A stretch of 64,000 nucleotides of DNA from Chiloscyllium plagiosum (Eukaryota): assembly GCF_004010195.1 (NCBI RefSeq), contig NC_057720.1, positions 36,453,669-36,517,668 on the forward strand, written 5' to 3'. Both the position numbers and the translations under genes were made by a program. Positions 25,487-38,721 of this stretch are shown here, in pieces. The notes under the pieces are model-generated. The model did not search any database. It saw nothing but the letters and a program-made list of their open reading frames with translations, and had not been told where the DNA came from. Numbering within the stretch: the stretch's first letter is position 1; every line of letters starts with the position of its first letter.

Positions 25487-28400
25487 TGTTATGGACCAGG
25501 CCAGAACCCCTCAAAACATTTCAAGAAAGTAGTGTAGACCCTAACTTTGCTAGTTGTTTTAGCTGGTGTAATGTGGGTATTCCAGGAGTGATGCAGCTGC
25601 TCAAACCAGTTAGTTTTAAATAAAACAGAATTTATTTACAAGATTATTGAATGAAACACAAACAAAAGAGCACAGAATACTGAATAATTTAACCTATCCG
25701 AAAACCTAACGTTTTGTACCAACTTAATGATGCTGTACCCCATACTTGCAACAATCCCCATAAACACCCCTTGGCACAAAAGGTAAAATCAAACCCAGGG
25801 TCTCATAGGAGAGAAGTCGGTGGGGGGTTAGCATGGACCTGCTTCTTTGGGCTCAGCAGCTTCAAAACTGCCTGACTGCCTTCAGCGAATAGGCCGACCG
25901 TTTACAAAAACAAATCAAACCAGAGAAAAGCTGAGCTAGAAGAACTGGCCACTCTCCTTTATTTGTAGACGTGCTATTTTTAAATCTTGAACGCCATCTG
26001 TCTGGGGCAGTATCTGTTAGCTATAATCAAATTGGCCCTAAAACTCTTCAATTGAGACTTTTTGGAGTCTGTGTCTTTTATGACCTCTCTAAAAAAAAAG
26101 CACAACATAACCTTGTTAGAGGAGCAATATCGTCACACCTCCCCCCTTTTAAAAGAATGAATCATTAATATCCAAAGATGGCTTCATTTTAAAACCCCTT
26201 GATTTTAAAATGTTAGTACTCTATAATGCACACATACATTGACGATATACATGCAAATATGCACAACTACATTTGGTTTCAGTCTGTTTTACTCTTGCCA
26301 CTGAATCCGTTCATTTTTCATTCAAGTCTCGACAATGCATCGGCAATCATGTTTTCTCGTCCTGTCACATGCACGATTTTCAACTTGAATGGCTGTAACA
26401 ACAAGCTCCATCTAAACAGTCTGGCATTTTTGTCCTTCAATTTGTCCAAAACTTCAATGGGCTAGGGTCAGTGTATATGATGTCTCAGATACATTACTGG
26501 TAACATAAACATTGAAATGTTGTAATGCCAACACCAAGCTCAAAGTCTCCTTCTCAACTATTGAATATTTCTGCTGATGAATGTTCAATTTCTTGGGGAA
26601 AAGGTCTTTCTATCTTCTCATCATCTTCCTGCAAAAGCACAGCACTGACACCCACATCACTTGCATTGATAGCCAACATGAATGACTTCGCTTAATTAGG
26701 TGTGGCCAATACTACGGCAGTAGTTAACACAGCTTTCAGGCTGTCAAATACCTTCTTACTGTCCTCTGTCCATTGAGACGTCTTGCCTTTATTTAGCAAT
26801 TCTGTGAAGGGAGCAGCCACTCTGCTAAAATCTGGTACGAATTTTTGATAAAATCCACTCAATCCCAAGAACCATAATAATGATCTTTTTGTTGATTGTA
26901 TGGAAAACTCTTCGATTACCTTTGTTTTTGCATTCCGTGAAGCCATTTGTCCATGTCTAATAACATGGCCCAGAAGGTGACATGGACTTTGACAAATTCA
27001 CTTTTAGCCAGGTTTATCACCAAGCCTGCTTTCTGAAATCTATCGAACAAGTCTGATAAATGGTGCAAATGTTTCTTCCACGTGTTCGCTAAAAATCACC
27101 AGGTCATCTATATATATGACAGGGCTGGGTAATCCAGCAATGACCTTATTGGTTAGTCTCTGAAATGTGGCTGGCACATTTTTCATACCAAATGGCATAA
27201 TTTTAAACTGATACAGTCCATTCAGCATAATGAAAGCCAAAATTGCCTTTGCCCTTTCTGACAAAGGTGCCTGCTAGTAACCTCTGATCATGTCCAGCTT
27301 AGAAATATAAGTTGGTTGTCCCACCTTTTCAACACAGTCTTCCAAATGTGGAATCAGATATACATCAGTGTTTGAAACTGCATTGACTTTGCGATAGTCC
27401 ACACATAACCGTTGGGTACCATCTGATTTTGGCACCATTATTAGGGGTGAGCTCCAGTCACCGTAACTCACTTCAGTATGTTGTCTTGGAGCATGGATTC
27501 AACCTCCTTTTGAACCTATGCCAACTTTAGAAGGATATGCCTATAAGGATGCTGCTTAATTGAAATAGCAACCTCTGTATCTACATCATGCATAATCAGG
27601 TCAATATTCCCAGCTTATTTCCACATATCTCCCCATGTCATAGGTCTTTCAGGTCATTTTGATTTTCCTCTGGAAGACAACTCAATAATTTATCCCAATT
27701 ACTGACAACTTTGTCATGTCCAACTTCATTTGAGGAATGTCCAATTCAGAATCCTCTGAACTTGGTTCTTCCCAATGTGTTGTAACCAATAACACAATCT
27801 CCTTTGGCTTTCCTTCCCCATCAAAATACCTTCTGAGTATAGCTACATGACAGGCTCTGTGAGATTTCTTTCTGTCTGGAGTCTTTATCAAGTATTTCAC
27901 CCCACTCAATTTCCTTTTGACTTGATAAGGTCCACTAAAGCTTGCTTTTAAAGGTTCACCTGTCACTGGAAGTAACACTAACACCTTATCTCTGATAGCA
28001 AAATTGCAAGTTTTTGATTTCTTGTCTGCTTCCTGTTTCATTGTATGCTGTGATACCTTTGAATGCTGTCTAGCCAACTTCTCTGCTCTATTTAATTGTT
28101 CCCTAAAATTTGACACATAGTCCAAATATGTGGCTTCTGAATTCTGACTTACCAATTTCTCCTTAATCAATTTTAGCGGTCCTCTCACTTCATGGCCAAA
28201 GATTCAAATGAACTGAATTTGGTTGATTCATTTGGTGCATCTCTGATCACAAAAAGCACAAATGAAGTTTCCTTATCCCAATCATCTGAATAGTCTTGAC
28301 TACAAGCCCTCAACATAGTTTTTAATTTCTGATGCCTTCTTTCTCGCGCTCGCTGTGACTCTGGATGGTACACAGTAGATTTGAATTGTTTTATTCCTAA

Positions 28401-31365
28401 GCTGTCCAAATTTCCTTGAATAATTTTGATGTCAAGTTTGACCCTTGATCTGATTGTATCTCTATGGGTAGTCCATATCTAGTGAAAATTTTGAGTAACT
28501 CCTCTACAATACTTTTAGCTGTGATATTGCATAATGGAATAGCCACTGGAAATCTAGTGAACATATCCACAATTATTAACAAATACTGATTCACACTTTT
28601 TGTTTGAGGTAGGGGTCCTATGCAATCAGTTAAGTCTCTTGTAAAAGGTTCCTAAAGTGCAGGAGGTAATAGGTATTAAAGGTGCCACTTTTATTACTGC
28701 CTGTTGTTTTCCAATTACCTGACATGTATGACATGTCTGGAAAAATTCAACTACATCCTTGTGCAGTCCAGGCCAGTAAAAATGTTTTTGTATTTTAGCT
28801 AGTTTTTCTCACTCCAAATTACCCCCTAGTGGTAGCCCATGTGCTACTTGCAATGCCTCCCTTCTCTAACCCACTAGCAATACAATATGATGAACTTTTG
28901 TCCATTTCTCATCTGCCTGAATACATGATGGCCTCCATTTCCTCATTAAGACATCATTTTTAATAACACTCAGGGATACACTCCAAATATTTTTCTGTGA
29001 ATGCCTTTTGATATGATTGCTTTAAATTTTCATCTATCTGCTGTAACTCAGTTAATTTATCTGAGCTAAAGATGCAGAGTCATTGGGCACATTTAAGCGA
29101 CTACTAGACATGCACATGGATAAACCTCGGCACAACATCGTGGGCCAAAGGGCCTGTTCTGTGCTGTACTTTTCTATGTTCTATGCCTGTTGTGTCATCT
29201 ATCTGCTTCTGGTTCATATCAACCATCTGATCAAACAGGGTCTCTGCTAATTCCACTTCAACATTCAGATCTATACTCTTTGATCTCTCCTGTTTCAATT
29301 GGTGCCTTTGTGATACCTTGTTACCACACAGTCTGGAAAAATCCAAGGATATGTGTCCTACAATTGTTCAGTTGCCTGGTTTCCACTGGCTTTTCAACCA
29401 CAGTAGACAGCAGTCCTACCTGTGAACCAGCTATATCATTAGCAAGGACAAATTATATTCCTGGGGCCGAGACTTCATCCAGTACCCCTACCGTGACTTC
29501 TCCGCTCTTCACTGGACACTCTAACCCCACTTTACATATTGAGTGCTTCTTGTCTCACCATGAATTCCCATTACTAGCACCTTTTCTGGCAATAGTCTTT
29601 CAGAGGTACATATCTCCTCATCTTTCAACATCACAGAATGAGAGGATCCTTTATCTCTTAATAAAGTAACCTCTTTACCTGCTGTTCCTGACCTATGTAA
29701 GTAAACTTTACCCTCATAGGTATATGGTTTAAGAAGATCTGGCACCTCCTCATTAACCAACCTCCAACCAGTTTGTGCATTCTGGTGCAGTTTTCTAGTC
29801 TCCGCTATGCTTTCCATTACCACTCCAACAAAATTCACTGACTTACCATGTTTTCCTACATCTGGCTTCCCAGTGTTTTTCTTAACCCACCAACACTGTG
29901 ATTTCACATGGCCTACTTTATTAGAGTGAAAACACCAGAGCTTTTAAAACGTCTCTTTCCCCTTCAAGGGTTTCCTTGTTACCCTGTAGTAAATTATCCT
30001 TATGATCACAGAGATCCACCTTTCCCTTTCCATGTGAGGATTTCTCTTTTCCCCAATTTCTATCCCTCACAGATTGAAATTGGTTTTGGAAGCCAAACTT
30101 TGATTTATGGACCAATTCATAATCATCAGCAATTTCAGCTGCTAATCTTGCCATTTTAGCTCTCTGTTCTTCCACGAGTTCTCACTACATCAGAAAATGA
30201 ATTTTCGAACTCCTGTCCAACTGCCAATTTCTGGAGTTCAAACTCCTTCTTTCTTCCTTTCCTCTTTCTTTTCCTCTGCTTTTAATCGTAATTCAAACCG
30301 TTTCATTTCTGTTGCTCTTCCCTTGTCTTTTGCCTCCAACTCAAGATGCTTCATTTTAAATTGAATTTTAGCCACCTCTAAAGATTCTGAGGGCATTTTC
30401 AGCAAATTTAAATTCTGAGATATTGCTGTAATTATATCTCCTTTCCTCATGGAAGGAAGCAGCTCCAACTCTAGCTTGTCTGCCAATTCCAGCAGCTTGG
30501 CCTTAATCACTTTTTGCAAAACTCCCAAAGTCACTTCGTCCACCCCCAGAAAATTCTTGGTGACTGAAAGAGCTATTCCCAAGCACTGTTTAAACCAACC
30601 GAATTCAACACCCAGAACAAAAGACACTAACACCTACCACTCGCAGTGTTCAAGTCAACAACCCTAATCCCAAATTGGAACAATAGAACAAATACCGCAA
30701 AGAGCCCCAATCTGTTATGGAACAGGCCAGGCCCTCTCGAAACATTAAGCAAGTAGCCCAGATCCTAACTTTGCTAGCTGTTTTAAGGAGGTGTAACATA
30801 AATAATCCAGGAATGATGTAGCTGATCAAACCACTTAGTTTTAAACAAAACAGAATTTATTACAAGATTACTGAATGAAACACAAACAAAAGAGAACAGA
30901 ATACTGAATAAAATAACCTAACCGAAGACAAAGTTAATGATGCTGTTCCCCATGCTTGCAACAGTCCTGATAAACATCCCTCGGCCCAAAAGGTACAATC
31001 AAGCCCAGAGCCTTACAGGAAAGATGTCAGTGAGAGCAGGAGATGTCAGCACGAGAGAGAGAGTATGCACGTGCTTCTTGGGCCAAGCACCTTCAAAACT
31101 GCCTGACTGCTTTCAGTAAATAGCCAAACTGGTAAAAGAAATCCAAATCAAACCAGCTGACCTGGAAGAACTGGCCACTCCCCTCTCATTGTACAAGTGA
31201 TTTTCGAAAACTTGAAACCCTTCTGCCTCAGGCAGTATCTGCTTGCTATAATCAAATTGGCCCTAAAACCCTGCAATTTAGACTTTTCAGAGGCTGTGGT
31301 CATTTACAACCTCTTTGGAACAAAAACAAGATCAATAACCTCGTTAAAGGCACAGCATAATCACA
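25487..31365 (-). mobile_element. Decayed full-length Gypsy LTR retrotransposon of Gmr1 type (gag-PR-INT-RT-RH)
   Basis: LTRs 25487-26137 and 30713-31365 (TG...CA); polypurine tract at 26138-26150 and tRNA-Pro-like PBS (TGGGGCTC) at ~30702-30709 on the minus strand; TSD agtt/agct. Minus-strand order: gag (EEQRAKMARLAAEIADDYEL, zinc knuckle WCFHSNKVGHVKSQCW), protease (LLRDKGSS), integrase (VDMFTRFP, QSDQGSN, YHPES, SGPY), RT (WSSP, LCVDYRKVN, MPFGMKN, YIDD) and RNase H. Many stops and frameshifts. Confidence 0.92.
29079..29185 (+). mobile_element. CR1 3'-end fragment nested in the Gypsy element
   Basis: catttaagcgactactagac...gggccaaagggcctgttctgtgctgta(ttctatg)2. Confidence 0.75.
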
Positions 31366-31438
31366 AGCTGCACTGGGACACCTTGAAGAGGGTGCGGCAA
31401 GTTCTGGAGCACAAGTCATCAGTACTATTACCAGAGTA

Positions 31439-31728
31439 TGGTACGGTGGCTTGGTGGTTAGCAATGCTGCCTCGCAGTGCTAGGGACCCAGGTTTGATTC
31501 CAGCCTCAGGTGACTATCTGTGTGGGGTCCCTCTGGTGCTCTGGTTTCCTCCCACAATTCAAAGATGTTCAGGTTAAATGAACTAGCCATGCTAAATTGC
31601 CCATAGTGTTCAGGGAAGTGTAGGTGTGTTAGTTAGGGATAAAGATAGGATAAGGGAATGGGTCTGGGTGGGTTACTCTTTTCAGAGGGTTGGGCCAAAG
31701 AGCCTGTTCCCACACTGTAGGGATTCTA
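31439..31728 (+). mobile_element. HE1-type SINE
   Basis: tRNA-like head, partial V-domain and ggcctgtttccacactgta-type tail. Confidence 0.8.
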
Positions 31729-33235
31729 CGAGTATTGTCAGAATTCACAGCCTTTGCAGCATCCAGTATCTTCAGCCACTTCTCGTTATTATGGGAACTG
31801 GCATCTGTTATGCTGTGGACTTCCAGAAGAGGTAACTCAGATTAAACATCCAGTCAACATTTTTGGCTAACGCTTGTTACATAAACTTCAGCATTACCTT
31901 TTGTATTTACGCTGGGAGAATGGAATATTTGTGGAGCCTCCATCTCCACTGAGTTGTTTAATTGTTGATCACCATTCACACATGAATGTCACAGGATTGT
32001 AGAGTTTAGATTTGAATAATTGATTCTGGAATCACAATCCTGTCTACCACTTGCTGCTTTTGTTATTTGGCGTGCTAGTAGTTCTGGGTTGTGGTTTCAC
32101 CAGATTGACACCTCATGTTTATGAATGCATAGTACTGCTCCTGGCATGTTCTCCTGTACACTTCCTTGAAACACAATTAATACCCTGGCTTGACAGTTAT
32201 AACACAGTGGTCTACAGTCAGGGGGAAGTTGCCATAGGCATCAACATTTACAAAGGATCAAGAAATCTCATGGCATCAGATTAAATTTAGGCACTAAAAC
32301 TTTCTGCTGATTACCACATATTCCTCCAGGCCCTCAAGTGATGGATCAGTACTCTGCCATGTTGAACTCTATTTTAGATGAATCATTAAAGGGTGGCAAG
32401 AGCTCAGAATTCTTAAGTGAGATTCTCTAACATCTTATATTTTTAATTCATATTTCCAAAATCTGAAATATTTCACTTTTATAAAATTTACAAATGCTGA
32501 CTGCCAGCTGAGTGTTTCGAAAGTTTTCAGCGCACTTACTTGTAACAGTTCGCTCCACTTTTACAATAATTTGTACACAATTTCACAAAATTGTGTACCC
32601 AATGTAGTTACATTGTAAAATGATTAAATGTCATATTCAGCAGAGCTCTTTAAAGTGATTTCCAAACGTAAACTTTTATTTTGTATGTTTCCATCGGTTT
32701 TCATAACATTTACTCTTTCACAAAGTATTTGCATTATACAGAGACTCAAACATGCACCAGAGCAGTGTTGCAATAAGATTAGGCCAAGTACCTCATTTCC
32801 ATATTGTGACTTAGTCCATATCAATTTCTATATATTTTATTCTGAATAAATAAAACCTTATTTTGCAAACTCAGAATATAAACTAAATGCCATGATTTTC
32901 CTTACCTCACAAGTTAATTGAAAACCTCTCATACTATGACATCTTTGAGTTAAATACTAAAACAAAATTATGTATAGTTTAATAATGCTATTTTCTAAAT
33001 TTATAAAGCAAAGTATCTAGAAAGCTGGAAACAACCATAAAAAACCCAAAACAGAAAACCATACTTTTTTATAAAATGTTATAAAACTATATATTATGGC
33101 ATAAAAAGTTGAGTACATAATTTATCCCATCCACAAAAATTATTCCGAAGATTTATTTATCCTGCAGCAGAATAGTTAACAGTCTCTCTATTACTTTCCC
33201 TTCACCAAATGTTTTAATCTGGGCTTCCTTTAATC

Positions 33236-33573
33236 GGGCGGCACGGTGGCACAGTGGTTAGCACTGCTGCCTCACAGCGCCAGAGACCCGGGTTCAATTC
33301 CCGACTCAGGCGACTGACTGTGTGGAGTTTGCACATTCTCCCCGTGTCTGCGTGGGTTTCCTCCGGGTGCTCCGGTTTCCTCCCACAGTCACAAAGATGT
33401 GCGGGTCAGGTGAATTGGCCATGCTAAATTGCCCGTAGTGTTAGGTTAAAGGGGCAAATGTAGGGGTATGGGTGGGTTGCGCTTCGGCGGGTTGGTGTGG
33501 ACTTGTTGGGCCGAAGGGCCTGTTTCCACACTGTAAGTAATCTAATCTAATGTAAGTAATCTAATCTGTAATC
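33236..33573 (+). mobile_element. Young full-length HE1-type SINE
   Basis: gggcggcacggtggcacagtggttagc...(taatc)n; CpGs retained; lies about 10 bp beyond the stop codon of the MMACHC copy. Confidence 0.95.
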
Positions 33574-33582
33574 CGGGACAGA

Positions 33583-34367
33583 TTAAAAACCTCCATGTGT
33601 TGTGGTTTGCTGATCACTTCCAGAAGCATCACCTTTCAATCCAAGGAGTTTAAATCTTTCAGCAGGTGGTGGAGCAAAGTACAACTTTTGTTCTTCAGAG
33701 TACCTCTCCTCTACATCAATGATATCTCTGTAAGTCCAGTCTTGCCAGTTAAAGTTAAACCTTTCAAGTAACCGGATCTTTTTCTCATTTGTTGACACAC
33801 AGTCTACAGGCAGCCTCTGCTCAAGGTCTTGGTCCTGGACATCTGGGAATATCAGGATTCCTCGTATTGCAAACCAGCCCCCATAGCGTGGATGAATGCA
33901 GACTCCATTCATTTTTTCTGTGTAATTTCAGTGAGCCTTCTGAATTCTTCCAATTCAAATGGAGACTTTGAGAGGGTCCCAGGTTTTAGGGTATTGCCCA
34001 GCAGAATTTTCAGCTTCGCAGGCAATTCCCTCCTTTGAAATCCAATTTGAGTTCAGAGACCACGTACAGAATTTTTCTCCCCATGGGTTTTGCTGCACAT
34101 CCTTCATTTGATAATGATAGGCTGCTCTAGCCACATCTGCAGCTGTCTGTGCCAAAATCTTTGGCTTTCGATTTGGAAGCACCTTAAAGTCATGGATGGC
34201 TTCAATCCTGTGACCAGAAAAATCCTATAGCAAGAAGAAAAAAATGTTTCTTCATGTACACGTTATAAGGAAACAAGTATCTGGCTTACATAGATATATA
34301 TTTTTAAAAGAAAACTTATTCAGTTATTCACAACACTATCACATTAAAAGGTTATATTAATACTTCC
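33583..34367 (-). pseudogene. MMACHC: Partially processed MMACHC copy (intron-2 end + exon 3 + cryptic exon + exon 4)
   Basis: 34225-34367 matches 45541-45682; 34072-34224 matches exon 3; 33916-34071 matches intron-3 segments 43397-43540 and 43882-43893; 33583-33915 is a complete exon 4 ([19 protein letters not shown]...FNFNWQDWTYRD...RYSEEQKLYF...*). No exons 1-2, an in-frame TGA, and substitutions at conserved residues. Confidence 0.9.
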
Positions 34368-34899
34368 TGTCTCTTTACAAAATAAATTCTGGATGACATT
34401 ATTTTGCTTTGCAATGTTCCTATGAAACACTTAGTCCAGTTTGTTACGTCAAAAGGACAATACAAACATTGCTGGTTGTTGTTCTCGCTCAGTGTTGCTT
34501 TGGGCACCAGAGAAGATGCCTTATAATCTCTTACAGCCACGTGAGAGAACAGACGGGGCCGGTTATCATACCCACTGACAGCACAACTGGAGGTGAGACT
34601 GGAATCTGGATTGATGGATCATGTTTCAGTTTTACTTAATGTGGTGCTCAGTCGCTGAAACGCTGAAACATGTTCACACAGGGCTGCAGAGTTTCTTTGG
34701 TTACACAACCAGGGTTTATCACACAAAAATAAAAATAAATAATACATCAAGCTATCGTGACATAGAAAAGCATTGAAAGATATCTTAAAATCTTAAATCT
34801 TAAATCTTCAAACACAAATCTTGTTCCCTGACACTATCCATTAGAGAGACTCAAACCCTAGATAAATTATCCTTCTCTGTAAAATCCTTAAATTCCATT

Positions 34900-35330
34900 T
34901 ATTTTATCATTCATGGGTGATACTGGCTGGGTCAGCATTTATTGTCCAACCCTGGTTGGTCTTGAGATGTGGGAGTGAGCTGCCTTCTTGACCCGCTGCA
35001 GTCCATGTGCTGTGGGTTGACCCACAATGCCCTTAGGGAGGGAATTCCAGGATTCTGACACAGCAACAGTGAAGGAACGGTGATATATTTCCAAGTCAGG
35101 ATGGTGAGTGGTTTTGAGGAGAATTTGAAGGTGGTGTTCCCATGTACCTGATGCTCTTGTTCTTCTACATGGAAGTGGTCGTGGGTTTGGAGGCTGCTCT
35201 CGGAGGATCTGCAGTACACCTTGTAAATGATATATATTGCTGCTTCTGAGCATCATTCATGCAGGAAATGGATGTTTATGGATGTGAAGCCAATCAAGTG
35301 ACTGCAATGTTCTGGATGGTATCAAATATC
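34900..35330 (-). mobile_element. LINE 3' fragment (CR1/L2-like)
   Basis: FTVAVSESWNSLPKGIV...LQRVKKAAHSH; tail cagcatttattg. Confidence 0.7.
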
Positions 35331-35733
35331 TTTTCTGTGAACTGTGAAGTTACAGAAATACTTAAAAAATTGAGACTCAATTTATAATAAACTGGAGATT
35401 TCGAAACCGACAATCCTGTCTGGAGTTTGTACAATTAAAGTCTTACACTGAGGTAACTGTGCTTTTCTTGATCTTTTCTATACTCCTTTCTGAGAGAGAA
35501 ACTATCTTTGCTCCTGACCCTCATCAGATCTTCTCTGTACCATCCAAAACTTTTAATCTCTGGCTTTCCTCAGCTAAAGTCAATCCTTGATTATTCTGAA
35601 TAAAAAACAAGTTTACATCTCATTCTTTTCTTTTTTGTTAAAAACTATTAAAGCTAAAACAATGTCTCATTGGGATTCCTGCTCTCTGACACAAACGTCA
35701 TGTTTCTGGGAGGGCTGTTTGAACTTGTTAGTT

Positions 35734-36634
35734 TGTCATGACCTAACTGGGAAGGCTACAGTGATAAAGATTCTTCACTTCCACAAGGTGTCCCAGAAGG
35801 CAGAGAATCTGAGTGAGACCATCAAGATGACCAACTTGTCTGATGGACTGCAGTTTAGGGCTAAAGCAATTCACTCCAGCTCTCATCATGAAGAGAAGAT
35901 ACCTCTGTTTATTGTAAAACACAACTTTAACAATAACAGAGAAAAGAAAGGATTTCTATTCTACTGCTATGCAACTTTAATCACACCCTTTAAAAAGACC
36001 ATAACACATGCATATTGATTTACAATTAAGACAGCACCATGGCAGGTGGTTTGGTGCAGATATTATATCTGGTGAAAAGTTGGTATGAAGCTCAAAATTA
36101 CAATCACAATTACTTTGTCTCACACAGTTCCTTCTAACTTCAGCAATGATGACTCACTGTTGTCTATAAACTGATGGTCATTCTTCACTTCAACAGTAGA
36201 TTCGGTGAGGCGAGGTCTTCTTTGTTAGCATTTTTCCCTCAAGCATTCTTCTTTTACAGTATTTTCCTTCACATCAGGTAAAAGAGAGAGAGAGATGGAA
36301 GGATGTTTTCAGTTTGCTGGCCCTGGAGGTCTCTTGCTGCTGTGCACCATTTGATTTATAATAAACTGAAGCTCGGTCAATCCAAAGGCTGTTGTCAGAC
36401 AGCTTTCTTTAACTCAAAGACATTTGGTGCCACTCAGACTATCTCAAACTATCTCTCTCATTGCTTCAAAAAACAACATTGTCTTGGAAAGCTAAAAATA
36501 TGCATTAGCTGATTTTTCAATTTGCAGATCTCTTCTGGTATTTCAGCTCTATTACAGTCCAACTTTCATTTCAGTTCAGAATCTAAACAAAAAAAGATAT
36601 AATGCCCCTTTGGAAAAGGACGCAACTTCATAAA
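35734..36634. mobile_element. Possible solo LTR
   Basis: Starts TGTCATG and ends ...ttcataaa; composition resembles the other LTRs; no clear TSD. Confidence 0.35.
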
Positions 36635-37289
36635 CTACTATCTTAAAATTCAATCTCTTTAAACTACCTCAGCACTGACCCTCCAACAGTGCAGCACTCC
36701 TTCAGCACTGACCCACTGTGTGCAAGAGATACTCAGTGGTGAAGTGGTTTTGTCATTGGAACTGTGCTCCTAAGACTGAGGCTAATGCTCTGTGGCCAAG
36801 AGCTCAAGTTCCACCAGGATAAATTGTGAAATCTGAATTCACTTAGTACATTTGAAATTAAAATCTTGTCGAACAATGATCACTGAACTATTTTGCATCA
36901 TGATAAAAATCTACCTATCCACTAGGAAAAGCAATCTGTTGTCCTTACCTGTCTGGTCTTCATGTGATTCCATTGTGAGTCCACAGCAACATGATTGATT
37001 TAAAACTGCCATCTGAAATGGGCGAGTGACACATTCAACATTATGAATCTACTGAACAGTCAGGAAAAGGGAATGTACACAGATGGAGCATCCAGCATCC
37101 AGCTCAGCACCAGAAAAGACAAACACAATCCTACTGTCCTGCAAAGTCCTCCTTTCCAACATCTCAGAGCAATTTCCACAATTGGGAGAACTATCTCACA
37201 GACTGACCAAGCAACACTGATATATTCACATTCCCAGAATCAAACCTTACAACATCCCAGACATTGCATCACCATCCTTACAAACATAG

Positions 37290-37750
37290 AAACTAGGGCC
37301 AGGACTTAGCCACTTTCCCCATCAAGTCCATTCTACCATCCATGGAAATATAAAGCCATAGGAAATAGGAGCTGGAGTAGGCCATTCAGCCCTTCAGGCT
37401 TGCTTTGCCATTCAAAATGATTCTGACCAATCCTCTATTTGAGTGGCATGTGCCCAAATTCTCCTCATGCCCCTTGATGCCTTTAATATTTTAATATTAT
37501 CTATCTCTTCTGAAGAAGAATCCCTGGAATGGAAACATTAGCTCTGCTTTCTCTCCACAGATGCTACCGGACCTCCTGATTTTCTCCAGCAATTTCTATT
37601 TTCGTTATCTCTATCTTGAATATGCTTAGTGACTCAGCTCCACAGCCTTCTCTGTTAGAGAATTCCAAGCTTCATCATCCTCTGAGTGAAGAAATGCCTA
37701 CTCATCTCATTCCTAAATGGCCCCTTCTGTGAAACCTGGTTCTGGATTCT
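37290..37750 (-). mobile_element. CR1 3' fragments with an inserted pLTR-type element (~37508-37605)
   Basis: ataggagctggagtaggccattcagccc...; agagaattccaag...gtgaagaaatg; inserted segment ctgaagaagaatccc...ggaaac...cagatgct. Confidence 0.6.
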
Positions 37751-37753
37751 CCA

Positions 37754-37885
37754 GGAGAAAGTGAGGACTGCAGATGCTGGAGAGTCAGAGTTGAAAAGTG
37801 TGGTGCTGGCAAAGCACAGCCAGTCAGGCAGCTCCTGAGGAGCAGGAGAGCCTATGTTTCGGGCATAAGCCCTTCTTCAGGAATG
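37754..37885 (-). mobile_element. Short TSD-flanked Penelope-derived element with hammerhead core
   Basis: TSD tctggattc(t/g)cca at 37741-37753 and 37886-37898; minus strand CTGAAGA-AGGGC-ttat-GCCC-GAAAC-ATA at 37853-37880. Confidence 0.75.
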
Positions 37886-37984
37886 TCTGGATTCGCCAAC
37901 CAAGGCAAACAACTGACCTGCACTGGGTCTGTCCAGTATTGTTCAGGTTTGACATGCTTCAACCAGATGCTGACTCGAAATAAG

Positions 37985-38250
37985 GGACAGCATATTTAAG
38001 GCAGAGATGAGGAAGTATTTTTACCTCACAGAGGTTGTGAGACTTTGGAATTCCCTTCCTCAAAAGGCAGTGGATGCAGAATCTTTAAATATTTTTAAAG
38101 CAGGGGAAGATAGATTCTTAATGACCACAGGGATGAAAGTTTATCAGGGGCATGCAGGAATGTAGAGTTGAGGTTAAAACCAGATCAGGCATAATCGTAT
38201 CGACTGGTGGAACAGTATCAAAACGCTGAGCGGCCTCCTCCTGTTCTTAT
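37985..38250 (+). mobile_element. CR1 3' fragment
   Basis: tttaaggcagagatgaggaag...tggaattcccttcctcaaaaggcagtggatgc. Confidence 0.75.
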
Positions 38251-38721
38251 CCCAATGTTTGTAACATTCGTTGGACTATCAGGAAATCCCTGCGTTAACA
38301 CATGGTCAATCCAAACCTTGCATGGTCAAAGAAAAATTTGTTATACTTCTACAAAAAGGCAAAGAAATGTTTTGAAACCTTTCCACATGAACTTGCCTTT
38401 TGTAAAATACTCCTTAGAATGCCGTCACTGAAACACCTAAATATTCTACTGGATCCAGGCTATGAGCTTGCCTCGCCCTTTAAGGTGCCAGCGTTAGAAA
38501 GAATCTTCTCAATCACTGGACAGGCAGACTGATCAGAACTAATTACACCAGGGAAAGTAGTGAGAAGAGGAAACAGAACTGTGAGTTCAGTCAGTAGTTA
38601 CTTCAAGGTGATTTTAAATTGTACTGTTGTAACTTAGGAATTTGATGAATTTTACTTTTTTGTCATTATTAACATTCTGGTTCAGTAGAAATTTGATGTG
38701 AAACAAAATGTCTTCATTGTA

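Noticed and set aside
33236..33310. tRNA-like A/B boxes here and in other HE1 copies
   Set aside because: These are SINE heads, not tRNA genes.
36665..36716. Short direct repeat cagcactgaccc
   Set aside because: Two units of a SINE-derived tandem repeat; not a CRISPR-like array.
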